Positions 57,473 to 64,000 of a DNA stretch of 64,000 bases are shown here, one piece after another; positions within the stretch are counted from its first letter, which is position 1; every line of letters starts with the position of its first letter. The DNA is from an uncultured virus (IMG/VR IMGVR_UViG_2061766007_000502) (lineage: Duplodnaviria; Heunggongvirae; Uroviricota; Caudoviricetes). The notes beneath the pieces were generated by a model. It was not told where the DNA came from. It worked only from the letters and a program-made list of their open reading frames with translations, and made no database searches. Location: the IMG/VR virus record IMGVR_UViG_2061766007_000502; one strand, 5' to 3'. A program made the position numbers and the translations under genes.

Positions 57473-57550
57473 TCGGGGTAGTGGGATTCGAACCCACATT
57501 TACGCCTTCAGAGGGCTACGGTTTTAGAGACCGCTGTAATACCATTATAC
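57473..57550 (-). tRNA. Amber suppressor tRNA, anticodon CUA (first ~9 nt in gap)
   Basis: D arm GTATAATGGTATTAC, anticodon arm GCGGT-CTCTAAA-ACCGT (CTA at 57527-57525), 20-nt variable region, T arm GTGGG-TTCGAAT-CCCAC, acceptor 3' strand TACCCCG-A. Confidence 0.92.
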
Positions 57551-57850
57551 NNNNNNNNNNNNNNNNNNNNNNNNNNNNNNNNNNNNNNNNNNNNNNNNNN
57601 NNNNNNNNNNNNNNNNNNNNNNNNNNNNNNNNNNNNNNNNNNNNNNNNNNNNNNNNNNNNNNNNNNNNNNNNNNNNNNNNNNNNNNNNNNNNNNNNNNNN
57701 NNNNNNNNNNNNNNNNNNNNNNNNNNNNNNNNNNNNNNNNNNNNNNNNNNNNNNNNNNNNNNNNNNNNNNNNNNNNNNNNNNNNNNNNNNNNNNNNNNNN
57801 NNNNNNNNNNNNNNNNNNNNNNNNNNNNNNNNNNNNNNNNNNNNNNNNNN

Positions 57851-57996
57851 TTCGTATTATCAATATGAAAGGTGAAGAAAATTATAACGACAGAACGGGT
57901 ATTGTGAAACATATTGATAGTATTGGACAATTGCATGGCACATGGGGCGGACTTGCTATTATTCCGGAAGAAGATGAATTTGAAGTTCTTGATTGA
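57851..57996 (+). CDS. DUF4314-like small protein (5' end in gap)
   Basis: RIINMKGE...GIVKHIDSIGQLHGTWGGLAIIPEEDEF. Confidence 0.7.
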
Positions 57997-58183
57997 TTTC
58001 AAACAATAGCATCCAAATTGAGAGAAATCTAATTAAAATGTGAGATTTTCTCTCAATTTTTTATTATATTCTTTGACTATTCCAAACATTCTGAGTAAAA
58101 TTTTCAAGGAGCTTCTTCATTCTACTACCTATAAAAAACAAAGTAAGTTGCTCTTTATATAAAATGAATACTTATTTGGAATA

Positions 58184-58687
58184 GTGTCAAGAAAGATAAT
58201 AAATGATCAGTTGTCTGTAGAAGATAATGAGGTCACTAAGATATGTAAGGATTGTGGCAGAGAACTGCCAGTAGGCAAATTCAATTACTGGAACAAGGAA
58301 CTCGGAACACATATGATAATATGTAAAGAGTGTGAGAAGAAGAGAAAGCAGAAGAAACATGATGAAAGACGCAATATTCTCAATACACTGAAGAGTTCCG
58401 GTTGCTGTTGTTGTAATGAAAGTGATGTGAATTGCTTAGATTTTCATCATATAGATCCACAGAACAAGGAGTTCAATATGAGTGTTGCATTGAACAAGCC
58501 GGTTAAGAAAATGCTTGAGGAAGCATCAAAGTGTGTAGTTGTGTGTGCTAATTGCCATAGGAAAATACATGCTGGCGTTATCAATATAGACAATCATATT
58601 AATCGCCGGCAACATAATTATATGAACAATATAATAGGTGTGATGATGAATTTTTATGAAAGTGATAATAAACCAAAGTCTAAGTAA
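58184..58687 (+). CDS. HNH endonuclease with N-terminal Zn finger
   Basis: CKDC...CKEC, LDFHHIDP, CVVVCANCHRKIH. Confidence 0.85.
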   Translation: MSRKIINDQLSVEDNEVTKICKDCGRELPVGKFNYWNKELGTHMIICKECEKKRKQKKHDERRNILNTLKSSGCCCCNESDVNCLDFHHIDPQNKEFNMSVALNKPVKKMLEEASKCVVVCANCHRKIHAGVINIDNHINRRQHNYMNNIIGVMMNFYESDNKPKSK

Positions 58688-58726
58688 TTAGTATAATTTA
58701 TAGAAAAAAGATATATAACAGTAAGG

Positions 58727-58915
58727 ATGTTAGAGGAAGAGAAAAAAGGTATTATGTCATTGGAGAAAAGAATGACAGAAAATGCACGTGAAGCAGAAGA
58801 AATATATGCAGAGGCTATTAAGAATGGTATGCAGAATGAACAGTGTTTCATGGATTGGCAGGATCGTTTGAATGTAGTCACANNNNNNNNNNNNNTAATT
58901 AGGAAGTCAGATTGA
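58727..58915 (+). CDS. Small hypothetical protein
   Basis: Short ORF containing an N gap. Confidence 0.5.
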   Translation: MLEEEKKGIMSLEKRMTENAREAEEIYAEAIKNGMQNEQCFMDWQDRLNVVTXXXXXIRKSD

Positions 58916-58950
58916 TGACTTCAATAGTTGTTGTTTTTTGTTTTATAAAA

Positions 58951-58989
58951 AGTGCCGGAGCATTAGTTTGCTCCGGCGCTCATTTTTTT
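58951..58989. terminator. Bidirectional terminator
   Basis: AGTGCCGGAGCA/TGCTCCGGCGCT followed by a T run. Confidence 0.75.
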
Positions 58990-58992
58990 ATA

Positions 58993-61900
58993 TCAATCAC
59001 CATCTGAATTTGTATCACTACTCAAATCTCTCCAGTATTTTTCTTCTTCCGGATCAGGATGATTGATGATGTATAGTATCTGTTGAAGCATATCTTCATG
59101 ACTTAGCACACTTGAGTCTATTTCTGTTATCTTGAGATTATGTTCATCGATATTCTCATCAATGATTCCGATAGATGTGTTTATAGTCTATATTGAAGAG
59201 TCTATAACACTGAGATGCTCATTGATTTCATTGAATTTTATCCAATCTGATGTTGCATTTGCTGCAATAGTGTCAGTCAAATCTGAAATATTAGCATTTA
59301 TGTCATCTATATTGCTTTCTATCTCTGCAACAGAAGATTCAATATGACTTTCAGTACTTTCTTTGACATCAATCACATAAGAGATGATAGAAGCATCCAT
59401 AGTCTCTCGTGTCTGTGCTTCCGTAGCAATGTTGTCACTAAGAGTATTCAAGTCAGATATAATTGCATTCTCATTCTGTATGATTTGTACAAATGATGAA
59501 TCTATATGTTCGATTATTTCATCTTTTGTATCAATAACATAGGAAACGATAGATGCGTCTTCAATCTGACGATTCTCTGTTTCTTCATCAAGATCATCGG
59601 CAAGTGCATTTAAGTCAGAGACGATTACGTCTTCATTCTGTATAATCTCTATATAAGAAGAATCAAGATGCTCATTTATTTCACTCCTGAGATTAGACAT
59701 ATCAGTCGTGATAGATGTATCAGCATTCTGACGTGCTGTTATCTCGGCATTGAGGTCTTCAGCAAGAGCATTCATATCAGATATGATTACTTCTTCTTTC
59801 TGTATAATTTCTATATAAGAAGAATCAAGATGCTCATTTATGTCTATCTTTGTGTCAGTGATGTATGAGGTTATTGATGAATCAAATGCTTGTCGCTCTG
59901 TCTTCTCTGCATTAATTGCCGTAGTCAGTTCATTCTTATTAGAACTGATTGTAGAGTTTAATACAGCAACAGAACTATCAATGTGATCTTCTATGTCTGC
60001 TTTGATGTCATTTGCATAAGAGATGATAGAAGCATCCATAGTCTGACGAATCTGTGCTTCTTCTTCAAGATTGTCAGCAAGTTCACTTATATTAGAATTT
60101 ATTGCTGAATCACTTTGTATAAGTTCTGCAACAGATGAATCGATATGGCTGTCAATTGCAGTTTTGGTACTGTCTATATAAGTAACAATAGTAGAATCCG
60201 CATTAATACGCTCTTCTCTCTCGTTCATAATTGCAGTAGCAATCGCATCCTCATTATCAGCAATAACAGCATTGATAGCATCAATAGAAGCATCGATATG
60301 CTGCTCTATTGCAGACGTGTTATCAATAATCTGATTGATAATGTTATTGTCATTGGCTTCACGTGTTATGATCTCTTCATTGATGAGTTCATTGAGTAAA
60401 GCAATGCTTGAGTCTGTTACAGACTGGTTGGATGCAATTGAAGAAACAGAATCATCGATACGGCTTTCAATTTGACTGACCTGTTCATTCAACTGACTTA
60501 TGATAGCATTATCCGCTGCTTGTCGCTCTTCTGTTTCAGTGTTGATTGCTGAAGCGAGGTCTGCAACATTGTTAGCAATAGAACGATTTATCGCATTAAC
60601 AGATACATCAATATGTTCATCAATTGTATTCTTGATGCCATTTATGTAGTTAAGAATAGAAGAGTCTTGTACTTCGCGTTTATGTGCTTCATTACCTATA
60701 CTTGTTGTAAGAGCACTTACATTAGCATCAAGACTTCTTTGAAGAGCATTTGTAGAAAGATCAATATGCTCATCCAAATCCTATTTTATGTCATTTACAT
60801 AATTGTAAAGAGATGTATCTTCTGCTCTGCGGTTTTCTGTTTCAGTGTTGATAGCAGAAGCGAGATCAGCAGTGTTAGTGAGAATGGTTCTGTTCAATTC
60901 AGTAACAGATTCATTGATACGGCTGTCTATTTCGTTCTTAATTGAAATCAGTTCATTGGTAATAGCATTATCATTAGTCTCACGGATTCTTGCTTCTTCT
61001 TGTATGCTACCGACAATGCTTACTATATCAGCATTATGCTGAGTCTGAATGGCATTAATGGAAGAATCAATATGATGCTCGGTATTGCTTCTCAAATCAC
61101 TTATTTCAGTGTGAATAGAACTGTCAGCAATCTGTCTTTCTCTGACTTCAGTAGTAATGGCTGTAAGAATTTCTGCTGTATTATTGTCAAGTGCTGCATT
61201 AACAGTTGTCTCAACAGCATTTATCTGGCTTTCCAAGTCAGTTCTCAATTCTGCCATCTCAGTCATTATAGAAGCATCTTTGTTCTGACGGGCCCTTGCC
61301 TCTGCAGTAATGTCTTCTATTAGTGATGTGATGTTTTCATTGATGTTTGAATTGATTTCAGCAATAGAAGAATCGATATGACTATTGACTGAATTAATTG
61401 AGTTGTTGAGTTCAGTTATAACTAATTCATCACCACTCTGACGTGCATATGCTTCATTTTCAATAGCATTGTCAATAGCAACTACTTCATTTTCAATAAC
61501 AGAGTAAATCTCATTGACAGAAGAGTTTATGTGTTCTTCAATCTCACTCTTGACATCATCTATCTTAGCAAGAATTGTCGCATCGCTGTTTTGATAGTCA
61601 CTGATGACTTCTGTGATTCTGTCATTGACTGTTGATATTGTTGAATCTACTGTTGCCTGTAATGTTGTGACTGATTCATCTACATAATCCTGTACTTCAG
61701 TTTTTGTATCAATTAATTTAGAAAGAATTGTTGCGTCATTTTCCTGATAACCGGCTATGACATTGTTAATAGAAGAGTTGATTGCAGAAACAACATCAGC
61801 AATTGAAGTTTCAACAGCATTTATGGAAGAATCGATGTGTGCGTCAATAGAATCTTTAATGCTATTTAATTCTGTACGAATTGAGTTGTCGCTTTCCTGA

Positions 61901-62724
61901 TAGTCAGTGATTGCATCATTGATTGAGGAATTGATTGAATCAACAGCAGAATTGATAGTAGAGTTGATTTCAGCAATAGAAGAATCGATATGACTATTAA
62001 TCTCTGCCTTATTTGTGTTTATCAGAGTAATGATGGTTTCTTCTGAAGTCTGACGTGAAATCACTTCATATTCGATTGCCTGATTGACTTCGGAAATGCT
62101 TGTATCAACAGATGCACGCAATGCATTCAATGAATCATCAACCTGATTCTGGATATCTGCTCTGATATCATTCATTTCAGAAACAAGAGATGAATCATAT
62201 GCATTGAAACGTGAGTCCATATTATCAGTGAACTCGGCAAAAGCATTTTCATTTTGTGTGACAAATACATCGAACTGGTTGGTAATGTCCGTTTTGAACT
62301 CAGAAAGACTTGAGTTCACGATATTAGTCACTTCATTGATTGTCTGCTGATTCAGTGTCTGTGTATCATTGATAATCTAAGTCTGGAGTGTCTCTGCCAA
62401 CTCTCTTATGCTCTAATCCTATGCATTTATGAGATTGCTAAGATAATCGACTAAATCATCAATCTGTTTGGCATTCTTGAATATCTCATTGTAACCGCCA
62501 GCCTGTATGGGACCGGCACCAATAAGTGTTGAAATTCCATCATCGGCAGTAGCGTCTTTATAATAAACCACTACGAGTTCACCGGGATGTAAAATCTTAT
62601 TTTCCAATTCAGCAACTGCTGTCTCATAGTCTGCGAATGGAATCTTGTTATGAACATGTATAACAGGTGGCAATTCGGTGTGGATGTGATTGACACTACC
62701 TGCTCCGTATTTCTTATCAGTCAT
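58993..62724 (-). CDS. Long coiled-coil repeat fibre protein (~1240 aa)
   Basis: Three ORFs joined by TAGs to TGA 58993; about 20 copies of a ~51-aa unit E..(A/E)R...D.SI...HIDSS; GATAAATA at 62755-62762. Confidence 0.8.
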
Positions 62725-62810
62725 CTTAAATTGCAATTAAAGAGATTTATATTGTATTTATCTAAACATCAAAAATATCCATAGAAACAAAGAACAACCG
62801 ACAAATGCAG

Positions 62811-63389
62811 TCATTTCTTATTGGTTGCATTGCCGGTCTCTTTTGCTTTCTTAGTACTTATCTTATTGTGCTCAATAATTTCTCTCATAAGCACAGCAGA
62901 CTAATCAATGTCTTCGTAAAGTTCTATCTGATGAATGATTATCTAGTCATATGCCTGCTTCTCAAAAATTGCTTGCTGTTTATATCTTTCAAGTTCATTT
63001 ACTATCATAACATCAGATGGATTGTTTTTCTTAATGTAATCTTGAAAAGCATTTATCATGGCAATTGTAACATTGTGTTGTGCTTCTACCTGTCTTTCGA
63101 TTGTCCTGAATGATATAACGACATTTTGTATGTCATATGTATATCTGTCAGCAATTATAACAGCACTGTATTTCTCAGCAAGGTCGTTAACCTCTGACTG
63201 TAATGCTTGTAAATCATAAGACATGACCATTCTGGTATAACAGAAATAGATACCACCGACAATGAGAGTAGTGATGAGAGAATTCCTAAGCCATTTTGGT
63301 ATCCCGAACCAAGTTTCTTTAAGGAAAGTAGTGATTTTTTTCAGTGTCTCATTGTCAAGTTTAACTTCTATGGTCTTTATATCAAACAT
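62811..63389 (-). CDS. Single-pass membrane protein with helical C-domain (holin/spanin-like topology, unproven)
   Basis: TM segment NSLITTLIVGGIYFCY; two TAGs read to TGA 62811; GATAAATA at 63415-63422. Confidence 0.65.
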
Positions 63390-63525
63390 TTGTAAGACAA
63401 ACTTTTAGTTTGAGTATTTATCTAAAAACATATTCTCAATATAGATGTTTTTTGTTTGGTATTAACATAGTTTTTATGCAATTGTTTTAATAAATAATTC
63501 ATAAAATGCATATTGAATTTTAGTT

Positions 63526-64000
63526 ATGCCGGCAACTTAGAAAGACTTGGAAAATATAAAATTCTTTGCTGATGAAAGCATCGTCACAGAAGAAGCATAT
63601 GGACTGAATATAGATTAGAACACAGGTGATTGGATGTAGGGTGAGTTTCAGAATGCAAATGAGTATTTGAAGAAATTTGCAGCATTTGAGCAGAGTGTAT
63701 AGATGTTCAGCCAGATTGCTTATAGCGGTGATACCACAGTGATGAATACGGGAACACAGATGACTGCGACTGTCAGAAGCAAATATTTCAGTAGAACCGG
63801 ACAGATAGAAACCGGACAATATGAATGTCCGGTATGCCATAAGAAAGTTGATTAGTTACTGAAGAATGGTTACTGCAGTACATCATGCGCATCAAAGGCA
63901 CATCTGACTATTGCAAAAGCGAAACTGACTTCATCCGCATATCATACTCTGGATATAATAAAGCAAGTCGAAAGTAAGATGAATATGCTTGACATGCTGC
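63526..64000 (+). CDS. Hypothetical protein with CxxC/YCSxxC Zn motif (3' partial)
   Basis: Absent from the track; open to the window end with five TAG codons; CPVC...GYCSTSC. Confidence 0.75.

Noticed and set aside
57445..58002. Track ORFs spanning the tRNA and the 300-N gap
   Set aside because: Artefacts of N translation; the region holds the tRNA and a DUF4314-like 3' end.
58184..58687. HNH gene as the missing IscB partner
   Set aside because: Only 167 aa, with no PLMP/RRXRR or RuvC motifs; an ordinary phage HNH.
2..63389. Widespread pseudogenes suggested by the fragmented ORF track
   Set aside because: Breaks are at TAG or N gaps, frames continue, and conserved motifs follow.

Overview
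An AT-rich fragment of a T4-like jumbo/megaphage, assembled with many N gaps. It most resembles the Lak-type Prevotella/Bacteroidetes phages; this assignment is inference from gene content, Bacteroidetes TAnnTTTG promoters and the genetic code. TAG is read as Gln (code 15), so the supplied standard-code ORF track fragments most genes. TAG aligns with CAG/CAA between internal repeats of the first gene and sits at the conserved Q of the terminase F-x-Q-E-F motif. A CUA-anticodon suppressor tRNA lies at ~57.5 kb. Core genes: tail fibres, gp14-like neck, intein-containing large terminase, gp46/gp47 (Rad50/Mre11), RuvC-like resolvase, gp2-like end protector, GH24 lysozyme, gp19-like tail tube, and a family-B DNA polymerase fractured by a split intein. 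Accessory genes: EcoRI-family methyltransferase, HD hydrolase, nucleotidyltransferase, PI-PLC-like enzyme, M13 peptidase, DUF1599, HNH. The most unusual signals are five. (1) A family of 11-12 divergent proteins (mostly ~370-460 aa) shares an N-terminal (L/I)NE-DYF-xD-I-E-I-x-D-D-D-I leader, possibly a capsid-targeting/protease tag on injected effectors. (2) A transposase-less TnpB has adopted both the phage code and the candidate phage late promoter GATAAATA. (3) An ORF-less IscB-type omega/HEARO RNA sits behind a host-type promoter. (4) The split-intein polymerase has an unknown gene between its halves. (5) A RelE/ParE-like toxin-antitoxin pair is visible only with TAG read-through.
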